Virus record (IMG/VR): IMGVR_UViG_3300029422_000001
Span: 46,744-110,743 of that record
From: a virus
Length of the DNA: 64,000 bases
Reading direction: 5' to 3' (one strand)
Both the position numbers and the translations under genes were made by a program. Positions 37,398 through 47,641 of this stretch are shown here, piece after piece. Position 1 is the first letter of the stretch. Each line of letters starts with the position of its first letter. The notes beneath the pieces were generated by a model. It did not search any database, was not told the DNA's origin, and saw nothing but the letters and a program-made list of their open reading frames with translations.

Positions 37398-37734
37398 TTA
37401 CACACCCTGGATTATCTTCACATGCCTCTTTGTATTCGATAAGAAACTTAAGAAATGAATCATAAGACCCCCATCCGTTTTCTGGTTCGTATCTCAAAAG
37501 ACTCTTTCTCTTGGAGATCATAATATATATACCTTTTGTGAGTATCTTCACCATCTCCTTAGTATCTATTTCCCTGCCCAATTCTTCCGGTCTCCAAACA
37601 TAATCGTACAGCGTTTCTTTATTTTCCGATACGAATATTCTTTGTGCCATCTTGTTCATGTTGTGGGTGATGTTTGCAACCCATTCACGATCCTCTTCTT
37701 TCTTCTTGTTCTTAATATAAACATCCAGGCTCAT
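37381..37734 (-). CDS. Hypothetical protein (117 aa)
   Basis: ORF, minus-strand array. Confidence 0.5.
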   Translation of the reverse strand: MSLDVYIKNKKKEEDREWVANITHNMNKMAQRIFVSENKETLYDYVWRPEELGREIDTKEMVKILTKGIYIMISKRKSLLRYEPENGWGSYDSFLKFLIEYKEACEDNPGCVIEASR

Positions 37735-38725
37735 GATATTTTTCTTTTATCTTGTTACTAATTATCAAATCTGCCACATCATCTCCGTCTCCTACATTTT
37801 CAACATTTTGAAGATAGTCCGATACTTTTATCCTTGACTTCATCATCATCCCATCTATCTTTTTACTCCATGTCTCAAATGCTTGTCCTTTGTCCGGAAA
37901 AGCTACAGTCTTTCTATCTTTTAAAACATCTATCACTTCCGGCCTTAGATTCTGCAACCCACCGGTAGCTACAAATAACTCATCTGGTTTATTCACAGCG
38001 CATATAATAGCCGTCTTTTCTGATTCCACCAAATTAACCACCTTATCCGGATACTGGCTTAGAAGATGTTCTCCAAACAGGCATTGTCTAAACAAGAAGT
38101 CTCTTGCATGCAACGAGTGATAAAACATAACATGAGGCCGCTCATTGTCACCGTCTTTTTCCTTCACTCTTTTTACATCAATCTCATTCCCCTGGCTGTC
38201 GGTCTTTATACAAAAGTCCATGATCTTGCCGGTTCTGCATACAAAATCTTTGTCTATCTGCCAGAATATACAACACCCTTTCCATCCCCATAAGTCCATT
38301 GTTCCGACATGATACCTTCTGAACACATCAGATACCCTTTCTTTTCCCCATAGAGACGATAAAAATCTAAATACGGTGTTTCTATCGTCTGGAACCACAG
38401 TCCTCTCAAACTCGCTAAAAGGTATGTAATTTACAACGTCAGGATTTACAGGAGGACGATAAGCTCTTATACACTTGTTTCCCGAAATCCAAAGATCTTT
38501 GTCACCTACATCCTTGCCGGTAGGTCGTTTATCGTAACCGCAAGTCCGTTCATGATCGCATCTTCCGAACTCGTTTCCAACAACCTGACCTGTTGCCACA
38601 TCAATATAAGGGGTGAGGCACCGGCTTTTCCCGCAGGCCGGGCAGGTTAGCTTCAGCCGGCTCCTGCCGGGTCTGCGGTCAAGTTGAAACCGGGGTACGT
38701 TTTCGTATTTTCTAAAATCAAGCAT
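37712..38725 (-). CDS. Primase-like protein (N-terminal Zn-binding domain + TOPRIM-like core, 337 aa)
   Basis: CPACGKS...CDHERTCGY zinc motif. Later VESEKTAII and FPDKGQ resemble TOPRIM E / DxD elements. Confidence 0.6.
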   Translation of the reverse strand: MLDFRKYENVPRFQLDRRPGRSRLKLTCPACGKSRCLTPYIDVATGQVVGNEFGRCDHERTCGYDKRPTGKDVGDKDLWISGNKCIRAYRPPVNPDVVNYIPFSEFERTVVPDDRNTVFRFLSSLWGKERVSDVFRRYHVGTMDLWGWKGCCIFWQIDKDFVCRTGKIMDFCIKTDSQGNEIDVKRVKEKDGDNERPHVMFYHSLHARDFLFRQCLFGEHLLSQYPDKVVNLVESEKTAIICAVNKPDELFVATGGLQNLRPEVIDVLKDRKTVAFPDKGQAFETWSKKIDGMMMKSRIKVSDYLQNVENVGDGDDVADLIISNKIKEKYHEPGCLY

Positions 38726-39068
38726 TTTTAACTCCTCTCATCGCCTCTATGATTCTATCTGCTATAGTTATAGACCATGACACCACATCTGGTACATATA
38801 CTCCGCAATCTATTTCACCTTTTCTATTTTGTGCTTTAACAAACTCAATAGAATAAGCCTTAATAAGATCGAATCTACGTTGCTCCCAGTCTACATCTTT
38901 GTTTTCGTCATTTACAGGAAGGGTATCGAGATAAAAATTTAAACTCTCACTTATCACATTCCCATTATCACCATAGAACTGTATTCTGTCATGGTCGCTT
39001 CTTGTAGTTGAGCTACTGAAAGTGATTACGTCTATTATCTCTCCTGTTCTTCTAATTTTTCTTTTCAT
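38718..39068 (-). CDS. Hypothetical protein (116 aa)
   Basis: ORF, minus-strand array. Confidence 0.5.
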   Translation of the reverse strand: MKRKIRRTGEIIDVITFSSSTTRSDHDRIQFYGDNGNVISESLNFYLDTLPVNDENKDVDWEQRRFDLIKAYSIEFVKAQNRKGEIDCGVYVPDVVSWSITIADRIIEAMRGVKNA

Positions 39069-39298
39069 ACTCTTCTTGTATTTCTGACCAATATAGGCAT
39101 TATTATTTCGATGGTCTTGCCATATTTCTTATGAGATGCAAGTACACATATTGCATATTTATCTCCTATTTTCAAATCTTTCGATAATCTTAATCTCGAA
39201 CCCCTTTTGATGTTAATAAAATAACCACCAAAAGGATTGATGCATATCGGTTTTACGATTTCTATATAATCTCCTTCAGGAATAACAATATCGTTCAT
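39065..39298 (-). CDS. Hypothetical protein (77 aa)
   Basis: ORF, 4-nt overlaps on both sides. Confidence 0.45.
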   Translation of the reverse strand: MNDIVIPEGDYIEIVKPICINPFGGYFINIKRGSRLRLSKDLKIGDKYAICVLASHKKYGKTIEIIMPILVRNTRRV

Positions 39299-40611
39299 AT
39301 TATGAATCTTTTAGACATTTCCTCTGCAATATCATACACGACCGTATGATCCTCTTCATTGTACGGCTTATTGATATTCAGCACTCCTTTTCTCACTTTG
39401 AACTTCTTATCTTTTCTAAGGTGATTCAACATACCTTGTTGGAACACGCAGTCCGCCTTTTCAAGTGCTATACTGTCTTCTGTCCATTCTTTCAACGTAT
39501 ATCCTTTGCTGCTCGTGCTTTTTGGAGAAAAGTTCATAATACGTGCATCAATCCCATACCATGCTTTAACCATTCTTCTTTCAGCTTCTAATTGAAATGC
39601 GTATGATTCCCATATTCCCCCTGATTTAAAGTCGAGAATAACCACTTCTTCCTTCTCCACGTCTCTTACCTCCTTCTTCGGATCACCTTTTTTAAACTGC
39701 CCTGTAGCCCTTTGATACACGGCTCCAAAATAACCTTCTTCTTTGTATTTGAATGTCATTTTAACCATCGCATCTATCGGCGTAGCTACTAAATAGTCTT
39801 CTAATGACAATATTCTTTCAATCATCATCGGCTTAACCTTATACTCTGAACAAAATTTGGCAAACTTCATAATTCTGACAATCATATCATCAAGATCATC
39901 AATACTGTTAAAAAACCGATCAAGATTTTTCTTAGATATTTTCAGCTTGCCTTCTTGCACTGTCTTAACTACAAAGCTTCGATTTAAGACCATATCTCTA
40001 CCTGTTAGGTACAATCCGTACAGATAGTGCATGATCGTTCCCCTGTCGGCTTCATACTGTGCCACCTCTTCCGGATTGCGACCAAGCATCTTCATCTCTT
40101 GCTTCCATTCCTGAAGTGCGGTCTTATCATCTACATACCCATCTTTGATTAAAGTTGTTACCGAAGCATATATCTTGGCCGTTCCATCATCCATCTTCCT
40201 TACATAAAAACGATTGTCGTCTAATGTCAATCTTACGAATTTGGGAGTCTCAATCTTCTTTAACTCATCACAGATATAAAACGGTTCTAACGTTTCCTGA
40301 TTTTCTGTAAACGGATTCGAATCCTCTTCTCCAGGGTTAGGAGCGGCTTCCTCCGCCGGAGCTTCCGGTTCCTCCTTCTGGGCCTGCTCTGTCTCAGGCG
40401 CCGGCTCTTCAACTACTGGAACCTGTCCGCCTCTTTCTGCTATGTCTCTGTTCTTTATTAAAGACATAACCTCCTTCTTCAACTGCTCTGGTGTTTGGTT
40501 AGGATCTGACACCGACATCACAACATCGTTCATTCTAAACAACGTATTTCCTTCTCCTTCCACCATAGGGACAAATCCTAAATCTGTCAATATTTTTATT
40601 TTCTCTTTCAT
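39295..40611 (-). CDS. PD-(D/E)XK-type nuclease (recombination exonuclease-like), 438 aa with acidic/Pro-rich N-terminal linker
   Basis: ATPIDAMVK ... VVILDFKSG ... YAFQLEAERR fits the D...hhDxK...Q/E core. Confidence 0.5.
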   Translation of the reverse strand: MKEKIKILTDLGFVPMVEGEGNTLFRMNDVVMSVSDPNQTPEQLKKEVMSLIKNRDIAERGGQVPVVEEPAPETEQAQKEEPEAPAEEAAPNPGEEDSNPFTENQETLEPFYICDELKKIETPKFVRLTLDDNRFYVRKMDDGTAKIYASVTTLIKDGYVDDKTALQEWKQEMKMLGRNPEEVAQYEADRGTIMHYLYGLYLTGRDMVLNRSFVVKTVQEGKLKISKKNLDRFFNSIDDLDDMIVRIMKFAKFCSEYKVKPMMIERILSLEDYLVATPIDAMVKMTFKYKEEGYFGAVYQRATGQFKKGDPKKEVRDVEKEEVVILDFKSGGIWESYAFQLEAERRMVKAWYGIDARIMNFSPKSTSSKGYTLKEWTEDSIALEKADCVFQQGMLNHLRKDKKFKVRKGVLNINKPYNEEDHTVVYDIAEEMSKRFII

Positions 40612-40793
40612 GATCTTCCTCTAATCAATTCTTCTTTAATACAATGTAACACTGTTTCCACTTCATCTTTATCTCTATCTTTCACTGCGATAGCTATATC
40701 CTTACCATAACTTTCTCTCTGTATGTGAGCATAAAAGATAGTTTCATCGTCAGCTTCTATTCTTATTTTATAAAGTTTTCTCATATCTGTCAA
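40608..40793 (-). CDS. Hypothetical small protein (61 aa)
   Basis: ORF, minus-strand array. Confidence 0.4.
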   Translation of the reverse strand: MTDMRKLYKIRIEADDETIFYAHIQRESYGKDIAIAVKDRDKDEVETVLHCIKEELIRGRS

Positions 40794-41292
40794 TTATTTC
40801 AATAATTAATCTACCTCTTTCTTTAATCATTCCCCTGCTTTCCATATCCAGCACCTTCTTTACCGCATACTTCCACACAAAAGGAAATTCTGTTTCAAGT
40901 TTATCAAATTCCATCCGGTCAAGATACATGTCGAATACCGTATGCTCTGATTCATGAAGGAAAACTATATTATCCCTGCAAGTGGCAACCGACTTATATA
41001 ACCTTTTCGGAAGTATGTGACAGACGTTACATACTGTAGGAAAATGAATAGCTTTACCAGTCATAGACATTCGAATAGTACTCAACTCCTCCAACATAAG
41101 ACGAAAAAACCCGGATAAATCCGGGTTCTCTAACTTTTTCTTCTTGCTGCTGTTTTTAATGGATGTAATTCTGTTTTTTTTCTTCGGAGTCAACTCTTTG
41201 CTCCTGCAAGCCTGGCATAAGCCATGACTTCTTATCATCACTTTTCGTCCACATCGTTCGCAGACGTATAGCTTCTTTTCCTTGCTTTCCAT
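40768..41292 (-). CDS. Zn-ribbon protein (174 aa)
   Basis: N-terminal CERCG...CQAC. Confidence 0.5.
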   Translation of the reverse strand: MESKEKKLYVCERCGRKVMIRSHGLCQACRSKELTPKKKNRITSIKNSSKKKKLENPDLSGFFRLMLEELSTIRMSMTGKAIHFPTVCNVCHILPKRLYKSVATCRDNIVFLHESEHTVFDMYLDRMEFDKLETEFPFVWKYAVKKVLDMESRGMIKERGRLIIEIIDRYEKTL

Positions 41293-41477
41293 TCGAATAA
41301 TAATGATATTATTGAAAAGAACAATCCCGCCGAAGCCAGTAGATAAGGTACGTTCATTAATAATTTAGATACCTCGTCTGTCTTAATCACTATCAGAAGG
41401 AAAGCGCCTGCTGAAAGCAATGATATTATCGCCACAACAAGCGCTATGTTGGAAACTACATCAGCCTTACTCTTCAC
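41238..41477 (-). CDS. Small membrane protein (79 aa, 2 TM)
   Basis: Two hydrophobic helices. Confidence 0.45.
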   Translation of the reverse strand: MKSKADVVSNIALVVAIISLLSAGAFLLIVIKTDEVSKLLMNVPYLLASAGLFFSIISLLFEWKARKRSYTSANDVDEK

Positions 41478-41937
41478 TCTTCTTCTCGCCTAATTTTTCA
41501 GCTCCCTTCTGAAGATCGTATTTAAACACTTCAATGATTTTCGTTTCCACAATAGACTCGCAATTCCAGTCTCCTAACGTACCCTGCATACCTTTAGTCA
41601 ACACAGCTTCGGCATCCTTAGGATTTCCGGCCTGGATATACATATAGCATGGAGTTTTCTTTTCTTTACCTTTCTTTTCATCCAGTGTAATGTAATTCAC
41701 CTTACACTTATACCAGTACTCAGCTTCTCCGTTGAAGAAGATTTCCGACACTTTAATAGGATTAATTTTTACAACCTCGAAAGAATTGTACAAATCCTCG
41801 AAGATCTCCAACGATCTTGATTCTGCCTCTGTGTAAGACAAGGCATCCACTAAATACTTTTCAGTTACTTTCTTTTTTTTGCCGTTCTCGATATTATCAA
41901 TCTCGGCTTTTACCGTAATTTCAAACCAGCGATTCAT
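41467..41937 (-). CDS. Hypothetical protein (156 aa)
   Basis: ORF, minus-strand array. Confidence 0.55.
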   Translation of the reverse strand: MNRWFEITVKAEIDNIENGKKKKVTEKYLVDALSYTEAESRSLEIFEDLYNSFEVVKINPIKVSEIFFNGEAEYWYKCKVNYITLDEKKGKEKKTPCYMYIQAGNPKDAEAVLTKGMQGTLGDWNCESIVETKIIEVFKYDLQKGAEKLGEKKSEE

Positions 41938-41948
41938 TGTATTAATAT

Positions 41949-42209
41949 TTAATTAGTTGATTTCTTTCCTTTTTCTATTTCTGTTTGAAGCCTGGCTGAG
42001 CACCATTGTAGTACATCCATCATCATCATATTATTATTTGATAATACACCTTTTATAACCAAAGCCAGTTGACGAGGAGACATACGCTGACTCATATCAA
42101 ACCTACATTCTTCTTCGTTTACTATCGTGGCCACAAAATATTTGCAACCTTCTAAATGTATCAGGGCTTCAGTCATAGCCTCTTTAATCTTTTCTTCTTC
42201 CTCTTTCAT
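41949..42209 (-). CDS. Hypothetical protein (86 aa)
   Basis: ORF, minus-strand array. Confidence 0.45.
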   Translation of the reverse strand: MKEEEEKIKEAMTEALIHLEGCKYFVATIVNEEECRFDMSQRMSPRQLALVIKGVLSNNNMMMMDVLQWCSARLQTEIEKGKKSTN

Positions 42210-42277
42210 GTTTCTTATTTTTCGGACAAAGATATGTCTTTCGTTGCTTAATAAGAGACAAAATGATTTAATATAAA

Positions 42278-42946
42278 TTAATTTTCTTCTGGGTTAACAT
42301 CGATAGACATATTGTATCTTTTCCTGATAAAGACTTCTGTTTCTTCATTAAACGGGTAGGCTTCTTTCAAGAAAGCCATAGCCCGCTCCGCATCTTTATC
42401 TGCTATCTCAATATATCTCTCGAAAGTCATGCAAAGGTCGATGTTGTACGCACGCTCCTGTTTTATCTTGTCCACGTATTTCAACACTCGGCTTCTTATG
42501 TTGTTGGCTTCCTCTACTGTCTTATTAAATGATCCTATTTTTGCTGATTCAGGATCATTGTTTTCTTTGTTAACTCTTTCAAATTCTTCATTGGTGTATC
42601 CTACGCAACCCTCTACTGCCGGCACGACGCCCTCGTTTATGACGTTTAACCTCTCATAAGATCGGTTTAAATACTTTGAACCCACCTTAAAAGCCCTGGA
42701 CCTGACCAGTAAATTCACCACCTCTGTAGCGTCCTCTATCTTTCTAAATCCTACACCTATGTCTTTAATAACAAATATCGGAACCCCGCAATCCGGGTAC
42801 ACAACTTCCTTTTCGTTCTTTATATTCCAATTTTTAGCTTCAATTGGAATACCCTTACCAGCAAGCTCTTTGTCTATATACAGACTTATCTCTTCGTCTG
42901 TCAATGCCACAATCTCATCTCTGCTTAAATCAAAAACTGTTTTCAT
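42278..42946 (-). CDS. Hypothetical protein (222 aa)
   Basis: ORF, minus-strand array. Confidence 0.55.
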   Translation of the reverse strand: MKTVFDLSRDEIVALTDEEISLYIDKELAGKGIPIEAKNWNIKNEKEVVYPDCGVPIFVIKDIGVGFRKIEDATEVVNLLVRSRAFKVGSKYLNRSYERLNVINEGVVPAVEGCVGYTNEEFERVNKENNDPESAKIGSFNKTVEEANNIRSRVLKYVDKIKQERAYNIDLCMTFERYIEIADKDAERAMAFLKEAYPFNEETEVFIRKRYNMSIDVNPEEN

Positions 42947-43145
42947 TTCTTTTATTCATTAAATTAAACAATCTACCTCTTTGTTCGGGCTCCGTATATT
43001 CCACCCATATATCGGCTGCTACATTTCTAAGAAATTCCATAAAGTCTTGATGATCCCTGTATTCAGCAGAATCAACTTTTCTCACAAAACTTAGAATTTC
43101 CTTTAACATCTTATTGTTTTCTTCAAGAAGTTCTCTGTCGGTCAT
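42930..43145 (-). CDS. Hypothetical protein (71 aa)
   Basis: ORF, minus-strand array. Confidence 0.45.
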   Translation of the reverse strand: MTDRELLEENNKMLKEILSFVRKVDSAEYRDHQDFMEFLRNVAADIWVEYTEPEQRGRLFNLMNKRNENSF

Positions 43146-43151
43146 AACCTT

Positions 43152-43361
43152 TCAAATTTTCTTCTTATGGTGTTGATTCTTTACCGCTCCGGCTACCGCC
43201 GACAACTCCACGTCCCTTTCCATTGTTACCCGAAGATCTTCTTCTGTTAAAGAAAAAGACATAGTTAACACAGGAGTATCCTTAAAATACCAATCACATA
43301 ATTCTTTTAACTCTTTACGTTCATCCTCGTTTTTACATTTATGAATGGTAAGGTAATTCAT
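43152..43361 (-). CDS. Hypothetical protein (69 aa)
   Basis: ORF, minus-strand array. Confidence 0.4.
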   Translation of the reverse strand: MNYLTIHKCKNEDERKELKELCDWYFKDTPVLTMSFSLTEEDLRVTMERDVELSAVAGAVKNQHHKKKI

Positions 43362-43434
43362 TCTTTCCTCTTTTTCTTTGTCTGTTAAATATTTTTTTCA
43401 TAATTCTAACTTTTAAAATTGAGTATATAATTAC

Positions 43435-43695
43435 CTAAGGTAATAGATCATCCAAATAAGCCCATGATTCCATTTCATCTAATCTGCATAAAATACATCC
43501 TGGACGGCTGGATATAAAAGTTTTGTTCTCTTCCAATATACCCATAATTGGATTCTTTGATCCTATTGTTGATTTCTTAGGGAGAAACACAATAAAACGG
43601 TGGCAATCTGGAATTACTGTTATAGAATGCCACACGCTGTTAATGCGCCACTCTGCACCAGCTTTAAAAAGAGGAATAGCATATTCTTGTTCCAT
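43435..43695 (-). CDS. Hypothetical protein (86 aa)
   Basis: ORF, minus-strand array. Confidence 0.45.
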   Translation of the reverse strand: MEQEYAIPLFKAGAEWRINSVWHSITVIPDCHRFIVFLPKKSTIGSKNPIMGILEENKTFISSRPGCILCRLDEMESWAYLDDLLP

Positions 43696-43701
43696 GTCTA
43701 T

Positions 43702-44157
43702 TTAGTTTTGAATTAATGTGAAAAGGGCAATTATAGTCGCAACTGATATAATAGATAAAATAACGTTTGCCAATATATGCTTTAAGAGGCGCCTTTCGAG
43801 ATTTGCGATATGCTTTCTTAGCCCTTCGCAATGTTTTTTTGTAGATCTGGATTCTTTGAGTTCTTTGTTGTATTTTTCCATATTTTTGTCACACCATTTC
43901 ATTATATCAGCACTTGCTTTGTTAAGCATATCTCTGATTTTTTTATCATCATAGAATGGTATCTCAACATCAACACAAGTATATGGATTGTATGATACTC
44001 CGTATGTATAAAAATGTACTTTCAATGTGACAACTTCAGGCTTAGCCATTTCTTCGGCTTGTTTCTTTATCTGTTCATCTGTTGCTTCGGCTTTAGCTTT
44101 AAGCTCATTGTAGTCTTCTATATTCAGCAAAGCCATGTTTTCAAATTCTGTATTCAT
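43702..44157 (-). CDS. Hypothetical protein with C-terminal TM anchor (151 aa)
   Basis: C-terminal ILANVILSIISVATIIALFTLI. Confidence 0.5.
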   Translation of the reverse strand: MNTEFENMALLNIEDYNELKAKAEATDEQIKKQAEEMAKPEVVTLKVHFYTYGVSYNPYTCVDVEIPFYDDKKIRDMLNKASADIMKWCDKNMEKYNKELKESRSTKKHCEGLRKHIANLERRLLKHILANVILSIISVATIIALFTLIQN

Positions 44158-44343
44158 ATCTACTATTTCTTATTTAGAGTGAATGTTTGCCAAATGCTTT
44201 ATCCCAACGCCTGCTTGCTATCTGTACACATACTACCAACGCATCACGATATTTACGGGATTAGATGGTTCTTATGTGGCGGATGTTGATAATCCTAACA
44301 ACGCATTCGTACTGATTTTTGCAAACTGTTCACTCAATTATTT

Positions 44344-44595
44344 TTAATTTTTAATTAATTCAACTCCTATAATATCTTCGTAATCAATATAGTGCATCAT
44401 TGAAACACCGTTGTCATCATCGGCCATTATTTCAACACAAGCAGAACAGCCATTGAACGCACCTTCGATTGTAATACCTGTTAATTGCCTAAAGAATCCG
44501 AGAAATTTCTTTGGTCTGATAACTCTAATACGGACAAGATCATTCCAAGTTATTCCTTTCTCTTTGCAAATAGATTTAAACTTCTCGGCTGTCAT
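44344..44595 (-). CDS. Hypothetical protein (83 aa)
   Basis: ORF, minus-strand array. Confidence 0.45.
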   Translation of the reverse strand: MTAEKFKSICKEKGITWNDLVRIRVIRPKKFLGFFRQLTGITIEGAFNGCSACVEIMADDDNGVSMMHYIDYEDIIGVELIKN

Positions 44596-44612
44596 AATTC
44601 AATTATACTTAA

Positions 44613-44909
44613 TCATTTAATTTGTTCTCGCATATAGTTAATCCAATTCAAATACCATTCGCGGGATTTTTCTTTAGCTTTTTCTTCATTCTCAATACCT
44701 TCATAAAATTCATCTTCTTTTGAAAACGGATCATACTCAATAAATTTCTCGGTATTGCAGAATGGGCAAGGAATATCTCCTTCTCCATATAAATTCCCGT
44801 TTTCGTCACATTTATCCAAATCCCATAGATATCCATTGATACAACGAGCATCTGGATAAGATGCACCAAAAAATGGAAATTCAGGACATTGCTTATTTTG
44901 TCCGCTCAT
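44613..44909 (-). CDS. Cys-rich small protein (98 aa)
   Basis: CPEF...C..G...CDENG...CPFC pattern. Confidence 0.5.
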   Translation of the reverse strand: MSGQNKQCPEFPFFGASYPDARCINGYLWDLDKCDENGNLYGEGDIPCPFCNTEKFIEYDPFSKEDEFYEGIENEEKAKEKSREWYLNWINYMREQIK

Positions 44910-44929
44910 GACTCATTTCTTTTTAGCTG

Positions 44930-45214
44930 TTAGTTATTTTTTGAAATCCAGTTATCCGTATCACAGTGAAAGCAATATCCGGTTTTAGGATGCTCCGCAC
45001 CGTCTTTAGCTCCGCAGGTTCCGCAATAATATTCCTTATCATATTCTGGGGAAAGACCTTTATTTCGTTCTTTGATAACAGCTTTTCTTTCTTCGAGCAT
45101 CATCATTTTATCAGGATTACGACTCAAATAAAATTTTCTGACTTTATGTATTTGCTTATCAAACAGATCATCGGACTCGGCAATTTGTTTTGCTGTATAT
45201 TTACTCATACTCAA
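44930..45214 (-). CDS. Zn-binding small protein (94 aa)
   Basis: C-terminal CGTCG...CFHC. Confidence 0.5.
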   Translation of the reverse strand: MSMSKYTAKQIAESDDLFDKQIHKVRKFYLSRNPDKMMMLEERKAVIKERNKGLSPEYDKEYYCGTCGAKDGAEHPKTGYCFHCDTDNWISKNN

Positions 45215-45367
45215 TTATTTTTAAAGTTTATCTATTATTTTGTCACCCATTTCCTGCCATTCATCACTCACGCTTATAACCAATCCTATGACAGTGAATG
45301 ATAATAACAACGTAAAAATAAGCCATAACAGAAAGCAGATAAAAACACATACACACCTCATGATTTT

Positions 45368-46114
45368 TTAGTTGTTAGATAAAAGCAAAATCGGTTCATT
45401 TGACCCCGCAATTGCTTTTATTTGTTCTGGATTGATAAAACTCTTAACTTGTTCGCTTATATTACAAATGGACTTGATCATATCAACGAATAATTTCGAG
45501 GTACATTCGTTACACTCCACTTCCATTACCTGTTTATATCTATTGTATGATATGCTCGTTACACAATTCAGCCAGTGCGCATAGGTTCCTTTTTCTGTAT
45601 TTAACCTGCTGTATTCTACTTTTGTCTCTCCATTTCCATATTCAATTACTCTTTTTAGAAATGGTTTTGCATAAACACTAAAACCGAAAGGTTGGGCGTT
45701 TAAGGCATCTAAACGGGAAGTTCCATCCCTCCATTCTCCATTTTCATCGCCTCCTGTCCATTCCTTAGAGGGGTTAGGGACAATATTTCCGTTTTTGTCA
45801 TATGAAAACATGCAATTCGTTTCCAGTTGATACTTAATAACAGGCACTTCTTCTACTATTTTATAACTCAAACATCTCTTCAGGACTTCCCTGATTTGAC
45901 TTTCCAAATCAGAAAGTGCTATACTATTGAAATATCCTTCGTTGCCTAATCTGTTTGTAGGTAATTTGATCCCATAAGAATGAATCTTGTCCACATCTTC
46001 TTTTGACAAGGTAGTGGTAAACACTCCTTCTTTGGTGACATTCACTTTAACAGTTACAGACAAACTGTTATTAGCGTTCTTTTCCGTTATATTTAGTGTT
46101 GTTAATGCTGCCAT
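45368..46114 (-). CDS. Hypothetical protein (248 aa)
   Basis: ORF, minus-strand array. Confidence 0.55.
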   Translation of the reverse strand: MAALTTLNITEKNANNSLSVTVKVNVTKEGVFTTTLSKEDVDKIHSYGIKLPTNRLGNEGYFNSIALSDLESQIREVLKRCLSYKIVEEVPVIKYQLETNCMFSYDKNGNIVPNPSKEWTGGDENGEWRDGTSRLDALNAQPFGFSVYAKPFLKRVIEYGNGETKVEYSRLNTEKGTYAHWLNCVTSISYNRYKQVMEVECNECTSKLFVDMIKSICNISEQVKSFINPEQIKAIAGSNEPILLLSNN

Positions 46115-46132
46115 AATCAGATCTTTTTAAAA

Positions 46133-46393
46133 TCAATTCGAATAAATATAATACATTCCTGCTTCATATACCTTATGTACATCAGGGTCATTCTTGTCTT
46201 CCGGTTCCAATTCACTCTCTTCACAAGTATAATCCCATTCAGAGTTGTAGTACATATCCTCGTCTGTTTTCTCCAAGGAACAATCTTTCATTAGATTCAT
46301 ATTTTCTCCCCATACTGCAACTTCTTGTCGTTGCTCTTCTTCTGTCATAAGAGATATTTTGTCTTTCAATTCTTTCCAAGTCATGATTTTCAA
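46133..46393 (-). CDS. Hypothetical acidic protein (86 aa)
   Basis: ORF, minus-strand array. Confidence 0.45.
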   Translation of the reverse strand: MKIMTWKELKDKISLMTEEEQRQEVAVWGENMNLMKDCSLEKTDEDMYYNSEWDYTCEESELEPEDKNDPDVHKVYEAGMYYIYSN

Positions 46394-46408
46394 AAGATGA
46401 TTAATAGT

Positions 46409-46792
46409 TTATTCTACATCAAAAAGCTGATCTAACACCAATAATTCGGCATCCATATCTTCATCTTTCGGGAAACGAACTTTTATGTTTCCGAACTTAG
46501 ATGTCTTAAACAAGATGTAGGGGTTCATATCTTCGGCGGTCACCGGCTTATATTCCTTAACTTCCGACATCTTGAGATACCAGTCGCCTATTTTTACAAA
46601 TCCGGAGAAGATAGAACACAGATGCGCTTTTACGGACTGTATCTCCTTTTTATCTTTGAAAGGTATAATTTCGTCCTTTCCCCTTATCCTGATTGACAAG
46701 AAAGGACGAATGTTATCTGTTTCATTTTGAAATTTGAAGCCTGTTATGGCTTGCTTGGGGATTCTTCTTCCCATTAATATAAAATAGCTCAT
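46409..46792 (-). CDS. Hypothetical protein (127 aa)
   Basis: ORF, minus-strand array. Confidence 0.5.
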   Translation of the reverse strand: MSYFILMGRRIPKQAITGFKFQNETDNIRPFLSIRIRGKDEIIPFKDKKEIQSVKAHLCSIFSGFVKIGDWYLKMSEVKEYKPVTAEDMNPYILFKTSKFGNIKVRFPKDEDMDAELLVLDQLFDVE

Positions 46793-46832
46793 TGTGATAA
46801 GTTTATAAAAAAATGGTATATAATTACTTCAA

Positions 46833-47630
46833 TTAATTAGATGCAAATATGCTAATTTTGTTTAGATATCCTTCTGTCATCTCTATGAAATTCACACAAT
46901 CTAATTTGCTTAACTTGTAAATCAATGCCGGATTGTGTACTATGGCTATAATTTGCGTTTGTGGTTTATGGAATGACAATACATTATAAATTTGCATTAC
47001 GTTGTCAATGTCAAGATTCCTATCTGGCTCATCCATGAGAACCGTGTATTCAAAACTGCTTTCTGTTAATGTTATGCGGTTTCTTTCATAATACTTCAAC
47101 AGGTTATCAATTCTTTTAATCCAAAACGCATTTGATTTTTTCTTGTATTCTACAAGATCTTGTATTGGAAATGTATAATCCTTTTGACCGAACATTAAAT
47201 TGAAGAGTGATTCCAATGATAACACCACTTTCTCTCCATAAGATCTTCGAATATTATTCACATACAAATCGAAATTGCTGATGTTTTTCAATACGCTATC
47301 TCGATTCATCTCCGCCGATGGCAATAAACGGAATACTTTCCCTGCATAATCAGATGATATGTCAATCCCATCAAGAACCTTGTCATCATCATCAAATATA
47401 GGTGGAAAATCCAGCGCCTCAGCCGGCATTTCAGAGCACATGGACTTCTCGCATAACGCATACATTGATATGATGTTAAGCAAAGTTGATTTTCCACTAC
47501 CGTTTTTACCTACAATCACATTCACTCCTGGCTTGAAAATAAATTCTCTACTATTTTCAAACGCTTCTATGTCAGAAGCATATTCAAAAGGAGTTTTTGT
47601 ATTGTCTTTTATTTTTACTGATGTTATCAT
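46833..47630 (-). CDS. Small ABC-type ATPase (AAA_15/21-like; 265 aa)
   Basis: Walker A GKNGSGKSTLL, signature-like RRSYGEK, Walker B VLMDEPDRNLD, H-loop IVHNP. Confidence 0.75.
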   Translation of the reverse strand: MITSVKIKDNTKTPFEYASDIEAFENSREFIFKPGVNVIVGKNGSGKSTLLNIISMYALCEKSMCSEMPAEALDFPPIFDDDDKVLDGIDISSDYAGKVFRLLPSAEMNRDSVLKNISNFDLYVNNIRRSYGEKVVLSLESLFNLMFGQKDYTFPIQDLVEYKKKSNAFWIKRIDNLLKYYERNRITLTESSFEYTVLMDEPDRNLDIDNVMQIYNVLSFHKPQTQIIAIVHNPALIYKLSKLDCVNFIEMTEGYLNKISIFASN

Positions 47631-47641
47631 TGTAATCCTTT

